Assembly (NCBI GenBank): GCA_030141605.1
Contig: JAQGDQ010000066.1
Location: forward strand, 620,001 to 684,000
DNA: 64,000 nt
Direction: 5' to 3'
Source: Tubiluchus corallicola
Lineage: Eukaryota > Animalia > Priapulida
Positions 12,891 through 25,494 of this stretch are shown piece after piece. The first letter of the stretch is position 1; each line of letters opens with the position of its first letter. Below the pieces are notes generated by a model. The model made no database searches. It was given only the letters and a program-made list of their open reading frames with translations, and had not been told where the DNA came from. The position numbers and the translations under genes were made by a program.

Positions 12891-14176
12891 CTGCAACAGG
12901 AGTGAAAAACCTCGTAAAAAGCATGATTCAGCTTAAGAATGAAAACCTAACCATGACTCATACAATTCCCTTGCAAAACTTAGCTGTTCTCATGGAAAAT
13001 ACTGAATTGTTCAATAAAAGTAAGAAAGAAATGTTTCAATTTGTGGGAAATGAATTAGGCTATAGGCCTTATAGCTAGGCTTTATATTCACTTCCTGGAT
13101 ATAACTACTATTATTATTATTACATACATGAAAATACAAATGGACATCGGAGAAAGGGGGCGAAAAACTGAAAGAAAGTCAACCACCCTTCTCAGAAATG
13201 ATAGAAAAACACAACTATAAAAAATACATGAAAATCCATAAATACAAAAACCAGCCATTTCTAAAGAAAAATAAAGCCTAAATCACCTAATAAATCATTA
13301 GAAAAACACAATGGTTACGACACTTTTACTGAAATATTAAACTTACTACCAGTAACAATTTAATTTGGCATAGACCACTAAGTGACAAATGCCTGTATAC
13401 CAAACAGAGTTTAACCCGTGGCTGAGGTTTACAACATCCAATTTGTACTGCATAATTTGACCAATTTAATGGGCTAATTGAATTATTACTTGCATTGAAC
13501 TGAGGCGTTCACAAAAGCTGTATAAGATTTAAGTTATGGTGGGCATGCAAATAGCTTTTAGTCTGCATATATGGAGAAATACTATTGATTTATATTCAGT
13601 AACAGGCAGTTTTAAGAGGCTGTAATTGATTGAAAGATAAAGAAATCAGGAAAAGTATAACTATCGACCAACTAAATGTGGGTGGGGCGCAGTCTCAATC
13701 TTTAAACAATTTAATGAAAATTTCCAATAGCAGACATGTATACCTACAGCAAAACTAATGTGCCAGGAGACTATCAAAATGCCTTTGCCTAAGAGTCATA
13801 CTGGTCACCTAAAATTGTACCTCTCAAAAATCATTCTAGCATACTGTTAACTTGGAGGTCTATAGAGTGGAGTAGTAATAATTCTTAGTTCAATCTTACT
13901 GCCTAATGTAAATGGCAAAGAAGAATGGTCCTATGCCAGACGTGTCCACTTGCAAAGCCACGGACACAAGAAGGACAGGTCACTTTTCTTCCCAGTATGT
14001 GACCAGGTACTCAATTAAGGATGAGTAAGCCCGGGAAGGCAGCCGGAAAGTCCTGTTCTAGTAGTAAATAGCTCAAAAAAGAAAAAAGACCAACACGAGC
14101 AAGATTTGAACTCAGACTATGGTGAACACTAAAATGTATTTTTAAATAATTTGTAGGTGACTTGAAATCAGCATAC

Positions 14177-14266
14177 CAGCATTTCTCCGGACAGCACCTC
14201 AAGAAGTGATATAAGACTGTGGCCATCTCGAAGGTCTTCAAATAGATCGTCAATTTTACGCCCACT
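14177..14266 (-). CDS. shot: Spectraplakin CH1 exon (SGRKIDDLFEDLRDGHSLISLLEVLSGEML)
   Basis: tgttttgcag acceptor, CTG|gtatgc donor, 90 nt, phase 0-0; DLFEDLRDG..LLEVLSG CH motif. Confidence 0.97.
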
Positions 14267-15208
14267 CTGCAAAACATAAAAATTGTGTATAATTTTAGTA
14301 TACCAAAACTACTTTTAGTATAATCCTATGAAGTCTTCAGGCTTAATTTGTATATAAAAACATTGCACAATTGACAGTAGAGTACAAGGCAATAGTGACT
14401 TAGTTTGTGCTTAATATGATATTGTAAATCACAATCACACGCTTATAAATCACCGTAACTCATACGGAAATCAAATGGCACAAAACGTAAAACAAAAATG
14501 CAACAAGACACAAACCATCAGTTAGTTCAAGTCGTAGATGTTTAGTGGAGGTAAGCTCAAGCATAAGCATGCAAGTGCTAAAAGCTTGTTAGACAATATA
14601 GACAAGCTTGTTATCACCACCACTTTCCAAATTTTCAAATCAAATGGTAATTTGTAGATAGAAGATACTTAAACAGTTTGGTGTTTTTATTGTTTTGTGC
14701 GTGTAGGTGTATGTTTTTATTATAATTTGGTGAAAATAAGGTTAACATTTAGTATTCAATAAATGCCTCTGTTGTTTTTCACCTTAGTATCGTTAACCTC
14801 CTAATATTAGCATTGTAAAGAAATATCATCTTTCTTTTTTGAAGAGATTCAAACACCACCGTAAAAACAAAAAAAACTCAAGCGTGTTGCATATCCTGTT
14901 TTACATAATTACAAATAGTAAGTACTAAGCAAAACTGCCCGCATTCAGCTGATTAATACTAAGAATGGTTCAGTGATTAGTACTTCACTTTGGTTCATGC
15001 CGAGTTCTAGACAACTTTAAACACAAGCGATAAATTACTAAATTAAATACTGGAGAGCAAAATTAAGAATCACATGTCAGTTAAAAAAGCCAATTATTCA
15101 ATTACACAAGTTTTTTAAGTCCAAGAATTTTGAGACAATATTCAAGTCTGCACGTAGCAAAATCAGCTAAAATGTACAATAAAATAATTAGAAAAATATT
15201 AAACATAC

Positions 15209-15250
15209 ACTAACAAAACAGAACTTAGGCACATACAGACAATAAATAGT
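15209..15250 (-). CDS. shot: Candidate 42-nt cassette micro-exon within CH1 (TIYCLYVPKFCFVS)
   Basis: cttttctctgctaactag acceptor, gtatgt donor, frame-preserving, stop-free, phase 0-0. The exonic side of the donor is weak. Confidence 0.45.
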
Positions 15251-15540
15251 CTAGTTAGCAGAGAAAGATATGCTCAACACTTGTTGACTTCTGGCAAATA
15301 AAATAAAAACAATATTAATACTATACTGTATGTGTTGATGTAATGTTTGGGTACGAAGTCATATTTTAAAAATGACAAAAGTTCTTGTTGGTATATGTAG
15401 TATTGACAGAATTGCAGCACTTTGTAGGTATAAGTAGTATTTTATACATCATGTATGCAGTGATTTTTAAAAAAAAACATGCTGTAAATAATAGTTAAAA
15501 TGCTAAATGAAACAGCATGCTAATGAATTATCATCGTCAC

Positions 15541-15558
15541 CTTATACTGTCTCCAGTG
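15541..15558 (-). CDS. shot: 18-nt micro-exon within CH1 (HWRQYK), plectin exon-2alpha-like
   Basis: Long U-rich tract ending tttcag, AAG|gtgacg donor, phase 0-0. Same intron position and HWR start as plectin 2alpha (HWRAE). Confidence 0.85.
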
Positions 15559-18500
15559 CTGAAATAAAAATACAAAATAACTGTAATACAACATAACTAC
15601 AAAGTATATGTAACTATTTTGTGCTAAAGATAAATAAATGTACATACAGTTCATGCATAACTTCTGTTCATATAATAATTAAAAAATCTGATAAAAAGTT
15701 CTGAAAGTCTTTATGGCTTAAAAACAAGAATTAAACGTGAAGCCATGTTTCGTTTCCTAATTATAGACAGGTTTAACCTTAACATATATATATGTATGTG
15801 ATAAGTAACAAATGTTATTTGTAAATGAAGCTACGAAGTACGTCGTGGTTATAAATACGAGTCATTCGATAGAGGTCTGCTGCATCAGAAATCCGCATGA
15901 TGACGCAATACAATCCTACGCTCAGCGAAACCATTGTGCACAAATGTACAGCATATAGGAGGCAGGGAAGCCAAATCAATACGCGAGAATATGACTCGAC
16001 ACAAAAACTGTAAAACTTTATTTGATTAAAATTCCAAGAAAACCTACACGACATCAGGTTGGATTCAGACAAATGTATTTGATACAAAATATCAAATGAT
16101 TACTAAAGTTTACCATACGGCATTCATCTACATTTGCTTAGAAAACGAAGTAAACTTCTTTCTCTAACCTGACAAACATAAAGCGTGGCATTATCCTTAC
16201 AGGAAGCTGCCCTTTAAATATAAATTTATAGGAATGTGTCTGCGACAGCAAGCCCACAAGAAAATTTACATTATTACCACAGTACACATGCTTCCCATTT
16301 TTGCAAAATCGCCTTATGAAAACATGGTTATGGGCAAACAAAGTTTGGCCATTATTATTATTAGAACCTTATACAAATCATATAGACCAGCTGTGGCAGC
16401 CATGTTTTGCATGATTTTATATTAAGGTTGTATGCACTGCTGTCACTAGACACGCATAATTAAAATACACTAGACTAGAGTATCTAGTACCTAAGATAAA
16501 TTGTCTGTTCTTCAATAAGTGATCACAATGACCACTCGTGTGTTTGTGAACATACGTACTATTACGACGGTCTCGAATGACCTCTAGCATGAAGTGATGA
16601 TCACCCACGCAGGGTATCAATACATAACGCAATTAATGTCAACAGACTGCCTTGAATATCAGCTTCTTGATAGACTGAAAAGATAAATTATTCATTGCAG
16701 GCATGATGCGTTCCTAAATTCTAAGCCTCTAAGGGTCATTTATGGTTCTGCACTTCCAAAGATCTCCATTAAGTGTGACAGGAGGTTGTTGAATGTAGAA
16801 CAAGATAGATTTGATTACAGTAACTATCATCTTGACTTAGACCTACTTCAACTTCCAGAGACAACAACGAAGACATGTCACAAAGGCTTAATGCAATCCT
16901 CTCTACATTGCAGTAGCTATTAGCTGCTAACCAAGCTGGTACCATAAAAAACAAGATTTTGTAATTGTAACCGTAATACCATCCATATTTGGTATTACCT
17001 ATTATTTCGTAAATAAACATCATTAAAACGTAATCAGCTACAAGTATTGAATATACAAACACCAGGTTATATGAAGGTTATATTTTCAGTGAGTCAATCG
17101 ATAAAGTGACGCCAGACTGCCGTTTGCTCATCAGCAAGTCTCAAGAGTCTGTCGCTCCCATGTGATAAACGAGGACAAAGTATGTCTAGTAGGCGAGTAA
17201 ATAAATGGGACAGCAACAAGGGCACAGAGACAACACGATCATGTTCGGCTGGAAATTAACTGGCAGACAAGTAGAAGCACAACATGGTTTAGTGTGTACA
17301 TTAAATATTTACGCAAAAATATCGAAAAGTCAATCAAAAAGCTAATAATTTCAAGGAGAGACCACAACTAGCTTACCTGGATTCACTCTACGTAAATCAG
17401 TTAATTCTGTTATAAAAATGTTCCACGGTAGCGCATTTACTTTCTCCACAAAATCAACAACTAAAGGTGTACTTTTCAAAGTGAGAGCCTTAAGCGAATT
17501 TCTTAATGCCTTTTAAACACAATAGCGGAGAGTCTTTTATCGCTTTGGCACGCGACTAGGTGGTATTTAACACAAAGCTTCAGGCGATACCAGTACTTAA
17601 ATTCTTTTAAAGATCATCATCTCAACTCAGCCGTCAGCTAAATAAGAAGCGCTGCGGTACGTTAATTTTTACTGGGATATGCAAGTACTAAATTACCAAA
17701 TTTGCAGTAATCAACCTTTTCGTGAAAACACGCAGACAATCTCTTGCGTAGAGTATCAACTATGCAACTATCAGTGTCAGAATATTGTATTGTAATTACT
17801 ATGCTTGATGTATTACGATTGAAATAGCTTTTGTTAGAGAGAAATTGGTAACCACAGATTGGACAACGGATTTCTACGAAAAAAAAACTCGAAAATTGTA
17901 AGAAGCTGCTACAAGCTATTTGCATTCTTAACGCCTAATTATTAGTGTTATATTTTTGCTCCCATGATGCTGCTACTGATATTTTTAGTTACTGTTGTTG
18001 AGGGCTACTGCTGCCTTTGCTAGTACTGACTATCGTAATTTTGGAAAAACTAGATCTTCTACATAAAAAATATGCACGTATATATTCCCCGCGCAGCAGC
18101 ACGATGTTGCAGAGTTGGTAGTGTAAAATAAGTTGCACTTTTGTTGAGATATGTTGCCTAGAACCAGAAAATGTTCTTTGTTACTTGCTGATAAATGGAT
18201 CTGACGTGATGATGGCAAAGGTTACTTGTAAGACTTGTCTGCATGCAACCTGCCAAGCAAGCTCGATAAAATTCTCATTTCTGTTGCAGTAATGTAACCA
18301 GCTGACAAAAGCATTACTGTCAGCTTGCATTAGAATTTCATCAGTAAAAACCAATGCAAGCCACAACAAACCGAAACCAATTTTAAGTAATTCTAGTAAA
18401 GGTGAAAATATTGACTGTTTTATTCACGCTGCACTGCAAATTAAAATATCTACCAAATTGCCTACTATAAAACCTTGTTAAAATGATAAATTTCGTTTAA

Positions 18501-19341
18501 ACGTATGCTAAAAATGTAGCATTTATTGCCTGTAAAAATTAACGTACGCAAAATAAATTGTCATAGAAAAACACACAAGACTAAGAACCAATGAAAGAAC
18601 CCCTAAACTACAAGCCTACTCGGGCATGCTATACAGGAAGCACTTCAAACTTGAACAACGTAAAGGACATCCTGAAGTACAATGCATTATCTGATATAAC
18701 AGTATTCGGCGTTTGGCACGTATGATCTGTGAGTAGAATTTATTTCACTTTGACGCCCTGTAAGCCGGAATGCAGCACTCAAAAGCTAAACTTACTGGAG
18801 TGACAGGACCGGCATATAGCTAGTTATCAAGGTTAGCCCTTTAATATGAGACATTAAAAACTAAATTCGCTGACAGAAATTTAAAAAACGCATACAGACA
18901 ACGTGATGAAAACGTATTGAAAATTTATATAAAAATACTAAAAGAATTGATCAGAATGAATTTGATAAGTAATTAAAATCGGTCAGTGGTGTCAAACTCT
19001 TTGTAAACATAATGATCTGTGTAAATTCCTCGTACAGTTACTGTTAATAACAATAATGATGCAGTTCGATAAATTGCATGCAGTTATAGCGAACAAACAG
19101 TATTATGGGAGAAGATTAAACAGTGTATATAATGGTGATAATTCGAGCTCAAGTCGGTACATGTAACATGTAAAGCCCTAAACTATGATGTGAGTAATTA
19201 GTGATCATGTTATCATGGTAGCTTAGATATGTAATTAATATTATTTTGGTTATATACATACAAAGTGTTTACATACAAAAGTGTTTTGTATACGCGTATA
19301 GACACATATATGTTTATATGTCAGCTGCATTACATAAGCGT

Positions 19342-19373
<32 letters not shown>

Positions 19374-19483
19374 CATGCATGTATGTGTGTCTATGTAATC
19401 ATGTAACTTTTGTCCTGCAATTAGAGTACTTGGAATGAATTTCTAAATAAAAGATTTATAATAATAATAATAATAATAATAAT
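19342..19483. repeat. (AT)n and (AAT)n microsatellites, possibly the 3' tail of an old retroelement
   Basis: Direct reading; AATAAA precedes the (AAT)n run. Confidence 0.7.
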
Positions 19484-22083
19484 ATGAGGCATTATTAGGT
19501 TTATTAACCTCATTCAAGTACGTTTAACTCCTCAATGAACGATGTAAACACTAAATAGTTGGGACAGTAACTGGGAACACAGATGAAACCACTACAAACG
19601 ATTTTCCTGGCGCTCACCAGGGTAGTTACAAGGGCAGTCATGCTTAGGGTAAACTTTCAGTTTCAAAATCTCATCATTATGAGTTGTGTATAATGTTACA
19701 ATTAAAGGTGTATTTGTTAATAAATGAAAGTATTATGTGCACAACCTGCAACCTACTCTTCTATAGGTCATGTGGTAAATTGATATGACTGATCGCCACA
19801 GTAATTGCTGGTCTACATTATAACTTGATGGTTTCCAGCGCCTTGTAATCAACAAAGCTCAATAAATTACATTAATTACATGAATCATACTCCATGCATG
19901 CCAACATGGAGTCATGATTTATAATCCACCCAACTGACGTTTACACCTGCGTATTAACATTAGAGCAAATCACCGAAAACCAAAAATTCTATTCATTTAC
20001 TTACTTCGGCACTTGAAATAACTCGCCGAAAATCATTCGGTGACTACCAATAGTCATGATAGGTAATTTTTGTAGCTATAGATGTCACCACATGCTACCC
20101 ACTTAGTTTACAGAAATGCGAGGGAAATTAACTGAATAGTTGAGCTGTGCTCTCCAAAGGGACTTACTAGTAAATGAATATATGCAACCATTCGAAAAAT
20201 AGATATCTGTCATGCTGTACAAGCTATTTGCCTCGTATAGGACAAGACTAATTTGCATTTAACACGAGTAGAGTATGACTGCCGATTCAGTATCTCATTT
20301 TAGAGAAATTAACATTGAGTAATGAGATAGATTCCGGTCCCGTAACAGTCATCAATATAATTATACGCTAATGCGCTGGAAAACGACTTGCATTGTTCTA
20401 TATAAGAAAACTTCCGGTGCAAGTTGTGTTAACTCTTTTCGAGCCTGTCACTTTATTTCAATTTAGAGGAACTAGACCAGCAGTGTTGCTATAGCAACAG
20501 ATGGAAACCGTTCTCAACAGATATATCGTCGTCCGAGAGGCCAGGCTGCCGAAGCACTAATAACTGGGACTGTTGTCAGACTGACTGCATTCCAAAGCCG
20601 TTTACTTTTAAACTAATGTCTTTTCTCAAGTTTCATTGCTAAGAATGTGAGTAATTTGTTTAGGGGTGAGAGGCGGAGCTTTAATTTCTCACTTAGATAA
20701 CCAATAAAGCCAAATACTGACAGGTGGAAATCACCAAAATGGTGAAATGACAGGCAAATTTATAACAATGGGAAATGTCCTTCGCAAAAAGCTGATAAAA
20801 ATGTTTTAAAATGCATTTTGGTCTTTGGAACGTAGCAGGTTAGATTTCATGCTTCTGAATTTACAGTGTGCATACTGTATATTGCTATATCCAGTTGGAA
20901 TAAAGTTAATTTATTATGAAATTAATCAGATACGGAGCCTTGAGGTTGCAACAGCTGTTAGAACTATAATATCGAACACTATTCCTAACGATTAGTATGA
21001 AATTTGGTTTACTAATTTAGAGGTTGATACTTGTACATGGCATACTTAATAATTATCATAATATACAGTAATTCCACTGAACACGAATGACACCGGCAAT
21101 TACAGACTAAGCCAAGTTAAAGATCAAGTATACAGAGTGAAAGCATCTAAAACACTATACGTTAACGGTCAAGTAACTCAACATTAACAACATTAAAATT
21201 AATGACGCCCGTTAGGTAGTAGCACTAACCAATTTGAAAAAAATAATTATCACACAAACAACTGCTCAAATCCATCTGATCATTTTGAACACAACGCGTT
21301 TTACCCTAACCAGTTCACACTACTAATCCCAAGGCCTTAGTGAAATTTAGAAAGAAAGTTCAAAAATTTCATAGAGCATATTTCAAAAGGCAAACTTCTT
21401 TCATAATTTACAACTTCTAGATACTTCACAAGAACCATCATCATAAAGGAAAGGGCAAAGGCTTCTAGTTAAATTAGTGATAATACTCAATGTCTCAAAG
21501 TAATACAGGATTAAATAAATAAAATACAATCTGAAATTTTATGAATTTATCTTCAAACATAAATATATAACCAGCACTTGAAAGTGGGAATTATAGATTT
21601 ACTTAGACATGATATTCAGTCATAACAAACGGACGTGCAAACAAGCTTATCTTTGTGCTAAATCACGAATAAACAATTTTAAACGTGTATAAAATAAACG
21701 CTTTAAAATCCATAGCGGTGTCAAAGCACTCTATATTACTATAACTCCAATACCAGCAAACAAAATTACATGATAAATACCAGCCACAACGGCTAATTGT
21801 TATTACAACCAAATTCGATGATAACTTTATTTATGCGAAAGATCACCACTTGACAATCAACCGGAAGGGTGATGCCACACAGAATAGCAGGGGCTGGATT
21901 CATGTGTGTGTCTTAAATTGTCATACATTCCTAAGTTAGAGTTAGACATGCAGTAGATTTTATTCCCACAATTTATGTACCTATCGAAGTTACGATCGAT
22001 TCATCGAATCGTGTACCTGCTGTACAGCAGCAGATGCACACACTCAGCTTACGTAAACGCAGCGATTTAGTGATGCGCACATT

Positions 22084-22546
22084 TTAAACCTTTCATACCC
22101 GTTGTATCCCCTGGGATACAAGAATATTTTCTGGCTTTAAAATTAATAAAATTTTAAAACTGACAGTTATTTGATCTGTTAATAGTTATTTTGATTTAAG
22201 CCAATAACAATAGACTAAAAATGGTGATAAAATGGCAAACTAGAAAATCTACATAGCATAAAAAACTGCACAAGGTACAGTACTTTAGAGACGACTTTGT
22301 ACAGATCAGCATAGCATGCATACTAAATGTCTTAAATACTTTAAAAAATTATCAGCAGTTGCAAAATGAAGCACATTTTATGTTTCCATTGAATTCCAAT
22401 GTATCTCGTGGGGTACAGGCTATATTTAGCACACGGGCACAAGTAGAAAAAAATAATTATTATGTGTAAACAAGATGGACTGAACAAAAGTATCAAATCA
22501 AAAAAAAATTCTTATTAAAAAAACAATTTGGGACTGAAAGGGTTAA
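22084..22546. mobile_element. Degenerate TTAA-flanked (piggyBac-like) MITE
   Basis: Left TTAA-acctttcataccc and right gggactgaaaggg-TTAA form imperfect TIRs; no coding capacity. Confidence 0.55.
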
Positions 22547-24460
22547 CTGCGAAACTCTATGACACCCAACTTCGTTTATGACGCTATGCGTGCGTAAAAT
22601 GTAAAAAGATGAAAGCGAGAGAGGGCGGAAGATACAAGAGAAGAAAAAGACAAAAGAACAACAGATATGAACAATGCAACACAAATTTTTCAGAAAAGTG
22701 CTTCCCCCTCTCTCTTTCTCCCTCTCTCGTCAGGTAATAACTTAAATGCAACAGTCACTGCTGCATATATGCCACTACGTATATATACGTCATATACGCA
22801 TATTAATAATGCGCCACCTGATTACATTTTAGCCTATCCTTCTTGGACGTAAGCAACAAACAAGGGCTAGTGAGCAAACAATAATTTGCGATGTTTATTA
22901 AATTCACGTTGGACAAGAACAACTGCAAACATGTTCAACTATTTGACCGATGTCCAGCGGTTCATTATGAAAGATTTATCTTCCTGACAAATTGCTCCCT
23001 GGTGATATATGGCAAGACTTTTCATCTTATCTGTCAAGGTCAAGTGTGGAGAACCTTGACGTGTCCTCTAAATGACTTGACATGCCTTCAGAATAAATAA
23101 GCAGCTTGTATTTTACAAAAAAATCAATGATTTTAGCCGCTTTTACTATAAATCACCATTTTGTGAAATTTGTTTCAAAATGTTCAAGGTTGTCAGGTTA
23201 AAAGTGCAAATGGTCAGAAAACAGAAAATTTTATACCAAAACAGAAAAACAAGAAAAATGTATCGATTCCTCCTCTTTCTCTCCCTTGCCTTGCTAAAGC
23301 CTTCCTTCCCCACTCTGTCTCTCGATTTAGGACATCTTGAAAAACTTGCCCCAGAAAACTTGCTTGTGTAAACTACGTTTTCGTATGCTTCTATAATAAG
23401 AATTTGAAAACGAAAATGTGGCAGTCGGGATATCTTGAACTCATAATATTAAAAAAAGACAATTAAGGATTGGCTTCTGAATGTCAGCGTCTTATTTTCA
23501 TCAGTTGATAACGCTTATTTTTTATGCATCTATACCAAACATTATGTGAACGAAATTACTTTTTGCTTTAATCGGTAAAAATTATTGCTTCTGTTTTTAG
23601 TTCTTTGCTGTCGTAAAATGTGCAAATTATTGCTGGAAAAACCCTTTCGTTGTGAGACCAATTTATTCGCTGGAGAAACTGGTATAGCGTATGACATCAT
23701 CTGTTTGAAAAATGTGCCAAGTTTACAAAAAAATTACATATGGTATGATAATGAGCATATTCGTACAGAACAACACCAGCACCAGCACACGTGCAATCAT
23801 GCACCATTCTTGGGGTAGTGGGCTTGCCTTGACTATTTGCTTTACACGCTTGTAATTAGCCAGCCATACACACAAACATTTACTTAACAAGCTGATTAAT
23901 TTACTTACAGGAGAAGTTGAATAACTCGCGGAAAATATAAGTGGTCAAATTCTAAAGTGTACGAATCCGATGACATTTCAGTTTACGCGCTGGGGTCAAT
24001 AAGTTTTGCGTTGCATTGTGAGGAACGCCTACAAATCACTTCGTCATCGCGTCACAAGATTCGGTTTCGCTTTTGTTTAAGTTTAAAGTAAAAGAAATCC
24101 GCCTTGCCGTTGGTTAATATTGACTGTTTTATTTGGCGTCATTACTAGTTTTAACCGGCTAAAGAAACTTAATCTTGAAGTGAAAACAAACACGTGAAGT
24201 TGCAAGGAAACTCCTGTGTGCTAAATAACCAGATCACACGAAACATTTCAAATTTTACGAAGTCTTACAGCAAATAAATTAGCACAAATAGAATGAATTT
24301 TTTTTTGGTGACAAGTGAACCTAAAAGGGTTAAACAACCGCACAAAATCTATAATGGTAACAAAGTAACAAATAATGGCTAATAATATATACAAATGATA
24401 AAGCACGATAATAAGAAATCCACAGTAAATTTATTAATTAGTAGTGTAACTCGATCATAC

Positions 24461-24522
24461 CTGTTTTAAATACTTGTTGACCCACTTCGTAAAGGTCTTT
24501 TTCTGTATTGCATCTCTTTCAT
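24461..24522 (-). CDS. shot: Spectraplakin first common CH1 exon ((D)ERDAIQKKTFTKWVNKYLKQ)
   Basis: tttatgtttcag acceptor, CAG|gtatga donor, 62 nt, phase 1-0; QKKTFTKWVN actin-binding motif. Confidence 0.97.
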
Positions 24523-24806
24523 CTGAAACATAAACAAATGATGACTGTCTAATACCAATGACTGAACATAGACAAATGATGACTGTCTAATACCAATATT
24601 CATCGCATTATTTATTAATAATATGAACATCAGTAATATGCCTCTGATGATTAATCAAGTATTTTATTTTGTACTGTTTTATGATCATTGATCGATATGC
24701 AGTGAAAGTAAGCGTAAATTTGCTGAAAATTTGATAGTAAAATGACTAATGAGATAAGAAGACCTTTAATTCTTTCAAAACCAAACTGGATTTTTAGGCA
24801 AATTAC

Positions 24807-24807
24807 T

Positions 24808-24845
<38 letters not shown>
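24807..24845. repeat. (ATC)n microsatellite
   Basis: Direct reading; explains the poly-Met ORF in the track. Confidence 0.95.
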
Positions 24846-25358
24846 TTATGAATTATGATCTAATGTTCCAAACTAACACAGTATAATGAGTACATGCATG
24901 TGTTTGACAAAAGATAACATCTAGATTTATCAACTCTTGATGAAGTAGCAGTTTAACAAAAGTCACGTGGTGTGTTAAAATTCTGCTAAACCCTTAGACT
25001 CTGGAAATTTAGTTTATTTAAAGGCGCCAAGGCGGTACAGTCAAACGTTTAAGAACTACATTTAAAGTTCTGGCGTCGTATCCAAGCAGGAACAATATTG
25101 ATCAAAGCCAAACAGATTACCAAAGTATCCATGCATCAATGTCACGAAGTTTGCAAAATTCCTGGACAATCTTAAACTGCTATGATTTCACACTAGACAA
25201 AACCTACATGCAAATTTAGGCGACAATAATAGTGGCGAGTTGATCTTATTTCTGCAAATGGTACATTCAAGGACACCTATGCCACACTCAGCTACAAAAT
25301 ATTAAACAACGTATCTTGGAGGTTTCACTGTTATACAGACTGATTACGTCAACTTTAC

Positions 25359-25494
25359 CATTGTTGGACCAGGCGGCACTGCTTGAGACTTGATAAACGC
25401 CATCTCCGCAAACCATCCCTGTATCCAGTAACAAGGAATCATGCTTTTCCATTCTACCTTTCTCTAAATATTGACTAACACCCTTTTTATACAT
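25359..25494 (-). CDS. shot: Candidate alternative first coding exon (MYKKG...AWSNN|D), phase 1
   Basis: 45 codons plus G to an ATG|gtaaag donor; splicing restores D-ERDAIQ. An internal ATG (MEKHDS) has a better start context. Confidence 0.5.

Noticed and set aside
13100-13700. Possible very old LINE 3' remnant
   Set aside because: Too decayed to recover a diagnostic motif by eye.
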